A stretch of 64,000 bases of DNA, from contig JBDQNU010000006.1 of assembly GCA_040261535.1 (NCBI GenBank), forward strand, positions 3,033 to 67,032, in the 5' to 3' direction. The notes under the pieces are model-generated. The model saw nothing but the letters and a program-made list of their open reading frames with translations. It did not search any database and was not told where the DNA came from. Below are positions 46,878 to 58,000 of the stretch, piece by piece. The position numbers were made by a program, and so were the translations under genes. The stretch comes from Poseidonia sp. (GTDB lineage: Archaea; Thermoplasmatota; Poseidoniia; Poseidoniales; Poseidoniaceae). How positions within the stretch are numbered: position 1 is the first letter of the stretch; every line of letters starts with the position of its first letter.

Positions 46878-47171
46878 ATGGCGAGGAAAGCACCATCCGG
46901 CGGCAAGAAAGGAAAGAAGAAGCGCAAGATGCGGCTTTCCCTCAAGCAATCCAAGATGAACACAGCCGCCGACAAATACAGCGACTCGCTCGGCTGGTCG
47001 CAAGATGTAGGCCGAACCTTGGCTGACGCACCCGCCCCAAAGGGCCCCGAGACACTGAAAGTGCAATGCGATATGTGCGGTTCAATGCTCAAGATTCCAA
47101 AACCAAAGCGCTCCAAATACACCGTTACGTGCACGTACCCCGAGTGCGGCCACGAAATGAAATTTGATTGA
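46878..47171 (+). CDS. Small basic zinc-ribbon protein
   Basis: Lys-rich N-terminus GGKKGKKKRK; CDMC...CTYPEC. Confidence 0.75.
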   Translation: MARKAPSGGKKGKKKRKMRLSLKQSKMNTAADKYSDSLGWSQDVGRTLADAPAPKGPETLKVQCDMCGSMLKIPKPKRSKYTVTCTYPECGHEMKFD

Positions 47172-47172
47172 A

Positions 47173-47982
47173 ATGGGCCGACGACTCGGCCCTTGTTTTG
47201 TTGCGCTTCTGCTCCTTTCAGGATGCCTTACCGCCCCGGATGCATCAGCGGATGCCGAATTTCGACTGGGCACCACCACCTCCATGCGCGACTCAGGATT
47301 GTTGGATATCTTGGTCGAGGAGTTCGAGTCCTTGCACGGAATTGACGTGGAATACGTTGCGGTTGGAACGGGTGCAGCCCTCAACCTCGGTGCGAACGGC
47401 GATGTCGATGCGCTTATCGTTCATGCGTCCGACCAAGAAGAAGCCTTCATCGCCCAAGGCCACGGCGTTAACCGAACGCAAATCGCCTGGAACGCCTTTG
47501 TCTTGCTCTCGCCCGTCAAACTGCCCGACGCCCTTCTTGATGCCTTCACCTTCATTGCGGAGGAAGAACACTGTTTTGTGTCCCGAGGAGACAATTCGGG
47601 AACGCACATGAAAGAACAAGCCGTCTGGGAGCAGGTGGCGAACATAAGTTCCGTTGAACTTGTTCACGACATCAATGGACTCCACCCTGAAGGCGATTGG
47701 TATTATTCAATCGGGCAGGGCATGGGGGCGACCATCAACATGGCAGACGAAAAGCAATGCATCACGCTCACCGATCGAGGAACAGCCCTTCAGTTTCAGC
47801 CGAAAATTGACCTCGTTCGGTACGAGTTTAACGACACCCTTGTCCATAACCCGTACGCCTATCTCCCCGTAACCGGAGGCAACGAAGAAGCCTCAACGCA
47901 CTTCCTTCACTACCTGCTCAACGAAGGTCAGCAAACCATCGCCACCTACACCATCAACGGTGAACCGGCGTTCTACGTCTAG
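47173..47982 (+). CDS. tupA: Tungstate ABC transporter substrate-binding lipoprotein
   Basis: Lipobox LSGC; TTTS signature; DSGLL, AVGTG, FVSRGDNSGTH, GQGMG, LTDRGT and NPY. Confidence 0.88.
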   Translation: MGRRLGPCFVALLLLSGCLTAPDASADAEFRLGTTTSMRDSGLLDILVEEFESLHGIDVEYVAVGTGAALNLGANGDVDALIVHASDQEEAFIAQGHGVNRTQIAWNAFVLLSPVKLPDALLDAFTFIAEEEHCFVSRGDNSGTHMKEQAVWEQVANISSVELVHDINGLHPEGDWYYSIGQGMGATINMADEKQCITLTDRGTALQFQPKIDLVRYEFNDTLVHNPYAYLPVTGGNEEASTHFLHYLLNEGQQTIATYTINGEPAFYV

Positions 47983-49313
47983 TCCCGTTGCCCAGGCACC
48001 TTGGCCAACATCTGCTTGGCATACTCGTCGTCGTGGGGCACGATTGCACCGTCTTTGAGCACGAGGATGTGGTCAGCAAGCCGTCTTGCTTGCGAGATGC
48101 TGTGGGTGGCCAAGACGATGCAAACACCGCCCTTTTTCAGCCGCAGGAGCTCGTCTTCGATGGTCTTGACATGCATCCAGCCCAAGTTCGCCGTGCATTC
48201 GTCAAGGAGCAGCAAAGACGGCATCAAACTCAGTTGCCGAGCAAGCACGAGGCGTTGGCGTTCTCCCCCTGACAAATCCAACGTTGACTGGTCAGCTTTC
48301 TCGTCAAGGCCAAACAAGCGGGCGTATCCGGTGGCCGATGGGGGAAGGTCAGGGAACCATCGCTTGGGGAGCATGAGTTCCGAGCCCACCGTGGACGAGA
48401 AGACCACGGGTTGCTGCTGAACATACACGCAGGCTCGAGGCCCACACACAACATCGTCGGTTTCCAGTCCCGCAAGGCTGCGCAAAAGGGTCGTCTTTCC
48501 CGCCCCGGATTCACCAATCACGGCGGTGACGGTGCCGGGAGCAAGATTTACCTCGGCCCCCTTCAACAGGTCAACACCGTTTTTGGAGACGGAGCAGGAT
48601 TTCGTCAATGTACCTTTGAATGCGTGCGGTTCGGGGAGATCGTCTCCAGTCAAAGCAACCTTGACCAGTTGTCGGCGCGTCTCAACCAAACTTGCAAGAC
48701 CCACCAAGAGCAAAGAGAGCGCAAGTAAGAGAACACCGAGCAAACCGGCGACCTCCATGTTGCCTTTCGAGGTTTCAAGCACGATGCTGGTGGTCATTAC
48801 CCTTGTCTTTCCGGCGATGTTGCCGCCGACCATGATGACCGCCCCAACTTCTGCAATCGCCCGCCCGAAAGCGATGACAACGGCATGATAAACACCGTTG
48901 CGCGCAAGGCGAATTTCCATCTTTAAGCGGGTGCGCTCACCAATCCCCAACGTCGACAAGGTATCGCTGTAGGCTTTTCCAACCCCATCAAATGCAGTCC
49001 AAGAACCACCCCAGACCAGCGGTAAAATCAGCAACGTCTGTGCAAAAATCATGGCTTCAACCGTGAACAACAAGTCCAGCGCCCCAAGCGGTCCGGACCT
49101 TGACAACATGGAATAGACGAAGACACCCACGACGACAGGGGGCAGGCTGTACAATGCCGTCAGCAGGGTCTTGAGGCGACGATACGATGCACGGGATTGA
49201 CGGGCACACCACGCTCCAAGGGGCACACCGATCAGGGTTGCCAAGAGGGTGGCCGTTCCGCTGGTGAGGAAGGTGGTTTGAACGGCCTGCCATACAGCGC
49301 CGCTATCCACCAT
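47979..49313 (-). CDS. Fused tungstate ABC permease + ATPase (TupB-TupC)
   Basis: Permease motifs LPPVVVG, LSRSGPLG, FGRAIAEVGAVIMVGGNI, TRVMTTSI, then Walker A GESGAGKT, LSGGE, LLLLDE and ATH in one frame. Confidence 0.85.
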   Translation of the reverse strand: MVDSGAVWQAVQTTFLTSGTATLLATLIGVPLGAWCARQSRASYRRLKTLLTALYSLPPVVVGVFVYSMLSRSGPLGALDLLFTVEAMIFAQTLLILPLVWGGSWTAFDGVGKAYSDTLSTLGIGERTRLKMEIRLARNGVYHAVVIAFGRAIAEVGAVIMVGGNIAGKTRVMTTSIVLETSKGNMEVAGLLGVLLLALSLLLVGLASLVETRRQLVKVALTGDDLPEPHAFKGTLTKSCSVSKNGVDLLKGAEVNLAPGTVTAVIGESGAGKTTLLRSLAGLETDDVVCGPRACVYVQQQPVVFSSTVGSELMLPKRWFPDLPPSATGYARLFGLDEKADQSTLDLSGGERQRLVLARQLSLMPSLLLLDECTANLGWMHVKTIEDELLRLKKGGVCIVLATHSISQARRLADHILVLKDGAIVPHDDEYAKQMLAKVPGQRD

Positions 49314-49388
49314 GTATCGGCATTGTGGAGCCCCCCATGAGTTTACCGTTACCATCACCCTCAAGCACGGGTAGCCGTTCGCCGAATC

Positions 49389-49853
49389 ATGGATGGCCAC
49401 GAGCGCTGGTTGGAACAGTGCTCAAAATTGGGCACGACGTTCCCCGCTCGCCGGTACAACGAGGGAACGCGAACGAGCGAGGATGCAGCCCTTCAACTGG
49501 GGTGCGACGTCGCCCACATTGCGAAATCCATCGTGTTTGAAGGTCCCGAGTCTCCGGTGATCGTCATCACCAGTGGCGCAAACCGGGTTGACCGAAAACG
49601 AAAACTCAAGCGGTTGCTCGGGTTCAAGCCAAGCATGGCTCAAGCGGAATACGTGCTACAACAAACCGGCTATGCCCCCGGTGGGGTGCCCCCGTTCGGC
49701 CATCTTTTTCCGTGCACGATGGTGATGGACGAAGACCTCTTTCTGTACGAATCCGTTTGGGGCGCAGCCGGATGCGCCGAAACCGTCTTTTTCGCCACAC
49801 CAAGCGAACTTCAACGCATCACAGGGGCGCTTGTGGGCGATGTCAAACAATAG
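49389..49853 (+). CDS. YbaK/EbsC family tRNA editing protein
   Basis: IAKSIVF, TGYAPGGVPPFG and WGAAG. Confidence 0.88.
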   Translation: MDGHERWLEQCSKLGTTFPARRYNEGTRTSEDAALQLGCDVAHIAKSIVFEGPESPVIVITSGANRVDRKRKLKRLLGFKPSMAQAEYVLQQTGYAPGGVPPFGHLFPCTMVMDEDLFLYESVWGAAGCAETVFFATPSELQRITGALVGDVKQ

Positions 49854-49862
49854 GTGAACAGC

Positions 49863-51074
49863 ATGAGTGAAACGCCGTATTTTATCCAACTCGACGAAGC
49901 CAGGGCTCTGTGCAGTAAGACGCCTCCTGCGTTGGCCGTGGAACACGTCAGCCTTGACAACGCCCATCAGCGAACCTTAGCCGCCGACCTGCAAAGTTTG
50001 GTGAACGACCCACCGTTTGACAATTCTTCCATGGACGGTTTTGCTTGCCGGTTTGACCCGTCGGCAACCTACCCGCTGACCCTCCGCATCTTGGGGACAC
50101 AGGCCGCAAGCGGTGAAAATCCCGAACTTTCCGTCGGTGTTGGCGACGCCGCCCGCATCATGACCGGCGCACCAATGCCCGCCGGAAGCGACGCGATTCT
50201 ACCCATCGAAATGTGCACCGTTTCCGAAGACGGAAAAAGCGTCGTTCTGAACGAAGCACCGAAGCCCCATTTTGTCCGAAAGAAGGGGGAGAATTTGCAA
50301 GAGGGCGCCACCGCTCTCATCAAAGGAAGCTACCTTTCGCCAGCGCAAGTGGGTCTGTGTGCGACGATGGGGCATGCGACCGTCCCCGTGTATCGGCGTT
50401 TGAAAATGGGCATCATCTCGACGGGCGACGAACTCAAATTCCCTGGCGAGCCGTTGCTTCACGGTGAAATCTACGAATCCAACTCCTTTGGTTTGGCGGG
50501 GCTCGTTCGGTGGTTAGGTCATGAACCGGTTCGGTACCAAGCCGTTGCGGACTCCCTCGATGGTCTGCGAGCGGCGCTTAACAAGGCCTCTGCAGAATGC
50601 GACATCGTACTGACGTCGGGCGGCGTATCCATGGGGGAATTCGATTATGTTCGTCGGATCATGGAGATGGAAGGCGAAATTCACTTTTGGCGAATGAAAA
50701 TCCGCCCAGGCTCCCCCCCGCTGTTCGGCTTGTGGAAGGGGACGCCGATCTTCGGCCTTCCCGGAAACCCCGTTTCAAGCCACGTTGTTTTCCGGATGTT
50801 GGTTGCCGATTATGTTCGCCATGCTCTTGGAAGCGACGGGCCGAAGGAATGGACGGTTCGGGCCAAACTTTGCGACCGGGTCAAATCCACCATGGATTGC
50901 GTAACGTTGCGCCGGGTTGAACTCGTTTCAACCGATGAGGGCATGATGGCCTATCAGCCAAAGCATCAGGGTTCGGGAAACCTCGATAGCCTTGCAAGCG
51001 CCAGCGGCCTTACCATGCTTCAACCGGGTGAAATCGGCGAGGTTGGCGAATGGATTGATGTGGTGGTGCTCTAG
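49863..51074 (+). CDS. moeA: Molybdopterin molybdotransferase
   Basis: PPFDNSSMDGFA, IMTGAPMP, STGDEL, IYESN, TSGGVSMG and GLPGNPVS. Confidence 0.93.
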   Translation: MSETPYFIQLDEARALCSKTPPALAVEHVSLDNAHQRTLAADLQSLVNDPPFDNSSMDGFACRFDPSATYPLTLRILGTQAASGENPELSVGVGDAARIMTGAPMPAGSDAILPIEMCTVSEDGKSVVLNEAPKPHFVRKKGENLQEGATALIKGSYLSPAQVGLCATMGHATVPVYRRLKMGIISTGDELKFPGEPLLHGEIYESNSFGLAGLVRWLGHEPVRYQAVADSLDGLRAALNKASAECDIVLTSGGVSMGEFDYVRRIMEMEGEIHFWRMKIRPGSPPLFGLWKGTPIFGLPGNPVSSHVVFRMLVADYVRHALGSDGPKEWTVRAKLCDRVKSTMDCVTLRRVELVSTDEGMMAYQPKHQGSGNLDSLASASGLTMLQPGEIGEVGEWIDVVVL

Positions 51075-51083
51075 GCGGACACC

Positions 51084-51953
51084 ATGGAGGCGACGGTTGA
51101 ACAGGACGGCACGCTTCTGGAGCTCCTGAAAGAACTCCACCCCCAATCCAGTACGACCACGCTTCGCAAAATGCTCACTCAAGGGCGCGTTACCGTGAAC
51201 GCTAAGGTCGCCCACCGTGCCAAACACGAGGTTGTTGCTGGAGATATCGTCAACGTCCTCCCCCGGTCAAAAGCCGAAGAACTCACGCCACCGCCAACGT
51301 CCGCCGCCGTTGATATCGAGGTGTTGTTTGAGGACGATGCCCTGCTCGTCGTGAACAAACCGGCGAACCAATTGTCGGTTGCAACCGACCGGCTGGAAGT
51401 GGACACCTTGCACAGCCGGTGCGTGGAACACGTCAAACACGCCGATCGAAACGGGTGGTGTTTCATCGTCCATCGTCTTGATAGGGACACTTCAGGGGTG
51501 ATGGTACTCGCCAAGAGCAAAGATGCGAAGCGAGAACTTCAGGCCCAATTTGCAGACCGGAGCGTTCACCGCCTCTACATCGCACAAGTTGAAGGGCAGC
51601 CCAACCCCACATCCGGTACCGTGAGGACCTGGCTCATGGAAGATAAGCACCTGAACGTCAAAGCCGTCAATCCCGATCATCCGCAGGGAAAGGAAGCCAT
51701 CTCCCACTACAACGTCGCCTCGTCAAACGGCGACACATCGCTGGTCGAGGTTATGATCGAAACCGGCCGACGCCATCAAATCCGCATGGCCATGCAACAT
51801 CTCTGTACCCCGGTGGTCGGCGATGAAAAGCATGGCGCCACTTCGAACCCGAACGGGCGCATCATGCTCCATGCGAGTGCTTTGGAGTTCCTTCACCCGG
51901 AAACCGATGACCCCGTTCGCTTCGAAGCACCGGTTCCTCGAACCTTCGTCTAA
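51084..51953 (+). CDS. RluA family pseudouridine synthase (with S4-like N-terminus)
   Basis: VNKP, VHRLDRDTSG, TGRRHQIR, PVVGD and LHA. Confidence 0.92.
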   Translation: MEATVEQDGTLLELLKELHPQSSTTTLRKMLTQGRVTVNAKVAHRAKHEVVAGDIVNVLPRSKAEELTPPPTSAAVDIEVLFEDDALLVVNKPANQLSVATDRLEVDTLHSRCVEHVKHADRNGWCFIVHRLDRDTSGVMVLAKSKDAKRELQAQFADRSVHRLYIAQVEGQPNPTSGTVRTWLMEDKHLNVKAVNPDHPQGKEAISHYNVASSNGDTSLVEVMIETGRRHQIRMAMQHLCTPVVGDEKHGATSNPNGRIMLHASALEFLHPETDDPVRFEAPVPRTFV

Positions 51954-52037
51954 CCTCAAACCTCCGCCGAGGTCACCGGACGAAGGGAAGCAGGACTTGA
52001 AGAACCGTTGACCTTTGGTTGAAGTGGAGGTCGCGTT

Positions 52038-54977
52038 TTGCACCACGGTCAGCAGGGGGGTTGGATTGAGGTCAAAGGGGCTCGAACCCACAACCTCAAG
52101 GACGTCACCGTCAACCTCCCAAAGGGCAAATTTGTCGTTATTTCGGGTGTTTCAGGGTCCGGAAAATCCAGTTTGGCCTTTGACACCCTCTACGCCGAAG
52201 GCCAGCGCCGCTACGTCGAGAGCCTCTCGTCGTACGCTCGCCAATTCATTGGGCAAATGAAGAAAGCCGACTGCGATTCCATTGAAGGCCTGTCGCCCGC
52301 CATTTCCATCGACCAAAAACAAGGCAGCCATAACCCGCGGTCGACCGTTGCCACCGTCACGGAAATCCAAGATTACCTACGTCTCCTGTGGGCGAGAGTC
52401 GGAAAACCGCACTGTCCAACCTGCGGCCAGGAGGTGGCTCGGCGAACCGTCCAAGAGATCGTTGACGACGTGTTCTGGCGGATGGAAGGACACGCCGTGG
52501 CCGTCTGGAGCCCGGTGGTGCGGGCCCGAAAAGGAACCCATGTCGAGCTGTTCCGCCAACTGGTGGAGCAAGGCTATCTCAACGGGCGCGTGAATGGCCA
52601 CGAGACCTCTTTCGAGGAGCCGCCCACGCTTGACAAAAATTTCCGGCACGACATCGATGTCCGAATAGATCGGCTGCGTTGCACACGCGACCGCAGGCAG
52701 CGCTTGACGGAAGCGGTTGAGGCAGCGTTACGTCTTGGCGGCGGGACCCTCGCTGTCGAGAGCCTGGAGGCCCCCAAGGAAGGCACCAAATTGAGTCCAA
52801 ATTCAAACGCACTGCTCACCGAGCAGGGGCAAACCATCGCTTGGTCCGAAGATTTTGCCTGTCCGCAACACGGGGCCTTCATGCCTGAACTTTCGCCCCG
52901 TGTCTTTTCCTTCAATTCCCCCCTCGGTGCCTGCGGCACGTGTCAGGGGCTCGGTGTTCAACGGCAATTCAACACCGAACTCATCGTTGACGGGAGCCTC
53001 AGCGTCGCCAACGGTTGCGTTTTACCCTGGAGGCAATCCATGTCACCGTCATGGTATCGAAAATTGCTTGAGTGCACATGCGAGCACTACAACATCTCCA
53101 CGACGCTTCCCTTTGACATGCTCGATGATGACGAAAAAGACATCCTGCTCTACGGTTCGGGATCAACCGTTATTCACTACGAATTCGTTTCCGAAAACGG
53201 CTCCCAGTACAAATACAGCAAGCCTTGGGAAGGCATCGTCCCTCGTCTGGAAAAGACCTACGCCGAAACAACATCGGAGCGAACACGTACCCGACTCATC
53301 GCGTGCATGACCGACCTCGATTGTTCGGATTGCTCGGGTGAAAAATTGAACCGAGCAGCTCGGTACGTCACGGTGGGTGGCGTTCGCCTTCCCGAAGTGA
53401 GCCAATGCTCCGTTCACGACGCATTGGGACTGGTCCGCGCCTGGTCCCCCGACGGCGATGGCCCCCCGGAAGCCTTCCACGACGTGCTGGAAACCCTTGA
53501 CGAGCGGAGCATGTTCATCGGCAACGAGATCATCCGGGAAATCGAAGGGCGATTGGGCTTCCTGGACAGCGTCGGTCTGGACTACTTGACCCTCGACCGA
53601 AAGGCGAACACCCTTTCGGGAGGCGAGAGCCAACGCATTCGTCTGGCAACGCAAATCGGGAGCCGGTTGACCGGGGTGATGTACGTGCTCGACGAACCTT
53701 CCATCGGATTGCACCAACGGGACAATGACCGTTTGTTGAAGACGTTGCGGGAATTGAGCGATTTGGGCAACACTCTTCTTGTCGTGGAGCATGATGAAGA
53801 TACCCTTCGCCAAGCCGACTGGCTGTGCGACCTTGGCCCGGGAGCTGGATTGGAGGGTGGCGAGGTCGTGGCGAACGGACCGCCCGAAGAGGTCATGAAG
53901 GTCGAGGCCTCGGTGACCGGGGCGTACCTTAGCGGACGAAGGTCCATTTCGTGGCCCACAAACCGCGTAAAACCGGGCAAAAAACACCTCGTGGTCAAAG
54001 GGGCTCGTCACAACAACTTGCAAAACATCAGCGCAACGTTCCCTCTCGGATGCATGACCGCCGTCACCGGCGTCTCGGGTTCCGGAAAGTCGTCCTTGGT
54101 TTCGGGCATCCTCGCCCCCGCCTTACAACGTGCGGTGCACCGAGCAGAAACCGTCCCCGGGCGCCATTCAAGCATCGAAGGGGTTGAGCACGTGGACAAG
54201 ACCATCATCATCGACCAGTCCCCCATCGGCAGGACGCCTCGGTCAAACCCCGCCACCTACACGAAGGTGTTTGATGAAATTCGCAGTTTGTTCGCCGACA
54301 CAAAACTCGCCAAAGAGCGCGGGTACAAACCCGGACAATTCAGTTTCAACGTCAAGGGGGGCCGTTGCGAAGCGTGTTCCGGCGGAGGCTCAATCAAATT
54401 GGAGATGAACTTCCTTCCCGACGTGTGGATCACCTGCGACATCTGCGAGGGCAAGCGCTACACTCGAGAGTGCCTTGAGGTCATGTGGAAGGGCCGCAAC
54501 ATCCACGATGTGCTGGAAATGCCGGTGGCCGATGCGGTTGAATTCTTCAAGAATCACCGGAAGATTCACCGCACCCTCGAGACCCTCAATGCGGTGGGTT
54601 TGGGATACATTCGCTTGGGCCAACCTGCAACGACGCTTTCGGGCGGCGAAGCTCAGCGCGTGAAACTTGCGAGCGAACTGCGGCGTATGCCGAACAAACA
54701 CACGGTCTACATCTTGGACGAGCCCACCACGGGACTTTCCCTGAGCGATGTGGCAAAACTGATCGAGGTGCTGCACCAACTCCGAGACAAAGGTCACACG
54801 CTGGTCATCATTGAACACCAACTCGACGTCGTGAAATCGTGCGATTGGGTCATTGACTTGGGCCCCGATGGAGGTGAACGAGGCGGACAAATCATCGCCA
54901 CAGGGACGCCAGAGGCGGTGGCAGCCAACGAAAACAGTCCCACCGGACATTTCCTCGCAAAGATGCTAAACAATTGA
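52038..54977 (+). CDS. uvrA: Excinuclease ABC subunit A
   Basis: GARTHNLK, two GVSGSGKSSL Walker A motifs, YAEGQRRYVES, two LSGGE signatures, Zn fingers. Confidence 0.97.
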   Translation: MHHGQQGGWIEVKGARTHNLKDVTVNLPKGKFVVISGVSGSGKSSLAFDTLYAEGQRRYVESLSSYARQFIGQMKKADCDSIEGLSPAISIDQKQGSHNPRSTVATVTEIQDYLRLLWARVGKPHCPTCGQEVARRTVQEIVDDVFWRMEGHAVAVWSPVVRARKGTHVELFRQLVEQGYLNGRVNGHETSFEEPPTLDKNFRHDIDVRIDRLRCTRDRRQRLTEAVEAALRLGGGTLAVESLEAPKEGTKLSPNSNALLTEQGQTIAWSEDFACPQHGAFMPELSPRVFSFNSPLGACGTCQGLGVQRQFNTELIVDGSLSVANGCVLPWRQSMSPSWYRKLLECTCEHYNISTTLPFDMLDDDEKDILLYGSGSTVIHYEFVSENGSQYKYSKPWEGIVPRLEKTYAETTSERTRTRLIACMTDLDCSDCSGEKLNRAARYVTVGGVRLPEVSQCSVHDALGLVRAWSPDGDGPPEAFHDVLETLDERSMFIGNEIIREIEGRLGFLDSVGLDYLTLDRKANTLSGGESQRIRLATQIGSRLTGVMYVLDEPSIGLHQRDNDRLLKTLRELSDLGNTLLVVEHDEDTLRQADWLCDLGPGAGLEGGEVVANGPPEEVMKVEASVTGAYLSGRRSISWPTNRVKPGKKHLVVKGARHNNLQNISATFPLGCMTAVTGVSGSGKSSLVSGILAPALQRAVHRAETVPGRHSSIEGVEHVDKTIIIDQSPIGRTPRSNPATYTKVFDEIRSLFADTKLAKERGYKPGQFSFNVKGGRCEACSGGGSIKLEMNFLPDVWITCDICEGKRYTRECLEVMWKGRNIHDVLEMPVADAVEFFKNHRKIHRTLETLNAVGLGYIRLGQPATTLSGGEAQRVKLASELRRMPNKHTVYILDEPTTGLSLSDVAKLIEVLHQLRDKGHTLVIIEHQLDVVKSCDWVIDLGPDGGERGGQIIATGTPEAVAANENSPTGHFLAKMLNN

Positions 54978-55041
54978 GAGCGCAGACTACAAAGAGCGCA
55001 TTCAACAACGGCAACATGCCCTCAAGGGCGCGGTGCACCGT

Positions 55042-58000
55042 ATGCCTCTAACTCGCGTGGAAGTGACGCCTCGGCAAGGGGAAGGAATGCGCGATGTTCG
55101 TGGCGACGTCGTCCGTCGCCAACTCATGGCTGACCATGGCATTGAGGTGCAGGATGTCCGAACGGTTTGCGGGTATTTGATCGAAGGGGACACGTCCTCC
55201 GAGGCCATTGCAGCAAGGGTTGACGATGTGTTTGCCGACCCCATCATCGAACACGGAGCGACCAATGAACTGATGCTCTCTTCCGCGTTTTTCGAGACCG
55301 TTCCCGAAGGTGTCGTATCGGTGGGTTTCAAACCGGGAGTCACCGACAACCCGGGAAAGGCAGCGACCGACGGTTTTCTGACGTTGTTTCCCGACGACCG
55401 CAACGCACGCATTGCGACGTATATCACGTACGCCTTCTACGGTTTGCCCGAAGGGTGCGACCTCCAATGGCTGGCGGGAACGTTGCATAACGGCCTGATT
55501 GAACGGACTGTGGTGGCGACGGCCGAGCAGTGCACGGCGCGAGCATGGCCACAACTTGACTACCCGACGCCGCCCGAACAGGTGTTCATCGAACCCCAAC
55601 CCGTGAACCTCGAAGTCAGCGACGACGAGCTTGAATCCATTTCGACCCAAGGCCTGCTCGCCCTCAATTTGGCTGAAATGCAGGCAATTCAAGCCCACTA
55701 CCGTGACCCGCAAACCCGTGCAGTTCGAAAGGCCGCAGGCGTTTCACCGGATGCACCAACGGACGTTGAACTCGAATGCCTCGCCCAAACGTGGAGTGAG
55801 CATTGCAAGCACAAGATTTTCGCCTCAAAAATCCATCACGTTGATGAAGAGACGGGCGAAGACACGGTCATCGATTCCCTCTTCAAAACACACATCATGA
55901 AGCCAACACATGATATGCAAAACGAGGTCGACTGGCTTCTCTCGGTGTTTCACGACAACTCTGGCGTCATTGCTTGGGACGATGAATGGAGCGTATGCAT
56001 GAAAGCGGAAACCCACAACTCTCCCTCTGCGCTGGACCCTTACGGGGGAGCCATGACCGGAATTGTCGGCGTAAACCGTGACATTCTCGGCACGGGCCTG
56101 GGCGCTCGCCCCATCGCCAACACGGACGTGTTTTGCTTCGGCCCTCCCGACTGGGAAGGCGACTTGCCCGACAACCTGTTCCACCCCTCGCGGGTGCTGC
56201 GGGGCGTCCACGCAGGCGTACGCGTGGGCGGAAACGAATCTGGGATTCCAACGGTGAACGGGGCAATTGTCTTTGATGACCGCTACATTGGGAAACCGCT
56301 GGTGTACTGCGGGACCGTCGGGATCATGCCCAGAACCCTTGGGGACGGTCGCCCCTCCCACGTGAAAACCCCCGTTGCGGGGGACATCGTCTACATGGTC
56401 GGCGGGCGAGTTGGTTACGACGGCATTCACGGGGCGACGTTTTCTTCGCTTGAATTGACGGAGGAATCCCCCTCAAGCGCCGTCCAAATCGGTGACCCCA
56501 TCACCCAAAAGAAAATGCTTGACATGGTGCTTGAAGCCCGTGATGCTGGGCTGATATCATGCATTACCGACAACGGCGCAGGCGGGCTCTCGTCCTCCAT
56601 CGGAGAGATGGCAGAATACACGAACGGATGCGAAATTGACCTTGCAAAGGTTCCGCTCAAGCAAGCGGGGCTTTCCCCATGGGAAATTCTCGTTTCGGAG
56701 AGTCAAGAACGCATGACCATCGCCGTACGGCCCGAAGACCAAGCAGCGTTCGAAAGCCTCGCTCATCTCCACGAGGTCGAGGCCACTCCGGTGGCCACGT
56801 TCACGTCCACCGGCGTCTTCCATGTTCGCTACAACGAAACAACCGTAGCCTACTTGCCCATTGAATTCCTTCACGACGGCGTGCCGCAACTCGAACTTGA
56901 ATCGGCTTGGGCGCCTCCTGAACACCTTCCATTTGCCCCACCGAAGGACGCCGATCACAACCGGTTGCTGTTGGGGATGCTTCAACGCCCGAACATCGCC
57001 AGCAAGGAAACATGGGTTCGTCAGTACGACCATGAGGTCATCGCCCAAACCGCCGTGAAACCTTTCGTCGGTGTTGAGCGGGACGGACCGGGCGACGCGG
57101 GCCTCATCGCACCGCTCCACGGCAACCCCCACGGACTGGTCATCTCCTGCGGCATTGCGCCGCGATACTCGGACATCGATGCTGGGGCCATGGCCGCTGC
57201 CGCCATTGACGAAGCGGTTCGTAACGCCGTCTGCGTGGGGCTTGATGTTGACAAAATGGCGGGTTTGGACAACTTCTGTTGGCCCGACCCCATTGAGTCT
57301 ACCAAAACCCCCGACGGCCGGTTCAAACTCGCCCAACTCGTGCGAGCCAACCGGGAACTGGAACGCGTCTGCCGAGCCTATCGCTTGCCGTGCGTCAGCG
57401 GAAAGGATTCCATGAAAAACGACTACGGCTCGGGCCCGGACAAGATTTCCATCCCCCCAACCCTCCTGTTTTCGCTCTTTGGCGACCACCCCGATGTCCG
57501 CTTCACGGCCACGAGCGACTTCAAACAGGCCGGCGATCGGGTGTACCTAGTGGGGTCGTCCCGCCAAGAATTGGGCGCTTCGGAAGTGGCCTTCATGCTG
57601 ACCGAATCCGGGGCATCGCCCGGCATTGGTGGAACGGTCCCGCAACTGAACCACCCCCAAGACAACCTCGCGACGTACAGGGTTCTTGCCAACACCATCC
57701 GGCAAGGTTTGGTTCGAACAGCTCACGATTGCAGCGAAGGGGGCCTTGCCGTTGCGCTGGCTGAGATGTGCATTGGTGGGCGGCTCGGTGCTGAAATTGA
57801 TGTGGACGGCACCGGCGAAGGCGACCTTTGGGGCCGACTTTGGGGCGAATCCTTGGGACGCATCGTCGTTGCCGTGGCCCCCGAAAACGACGAAACGTTC
57901 CGCACGGCCATGAAAGGTCATCCGCTCACGGTCCTCGGGAACGTGAACGAGACGGACGCTCTGGTGGTCGTGGACGGCGATGAGGAACTCATCGCCTCAC

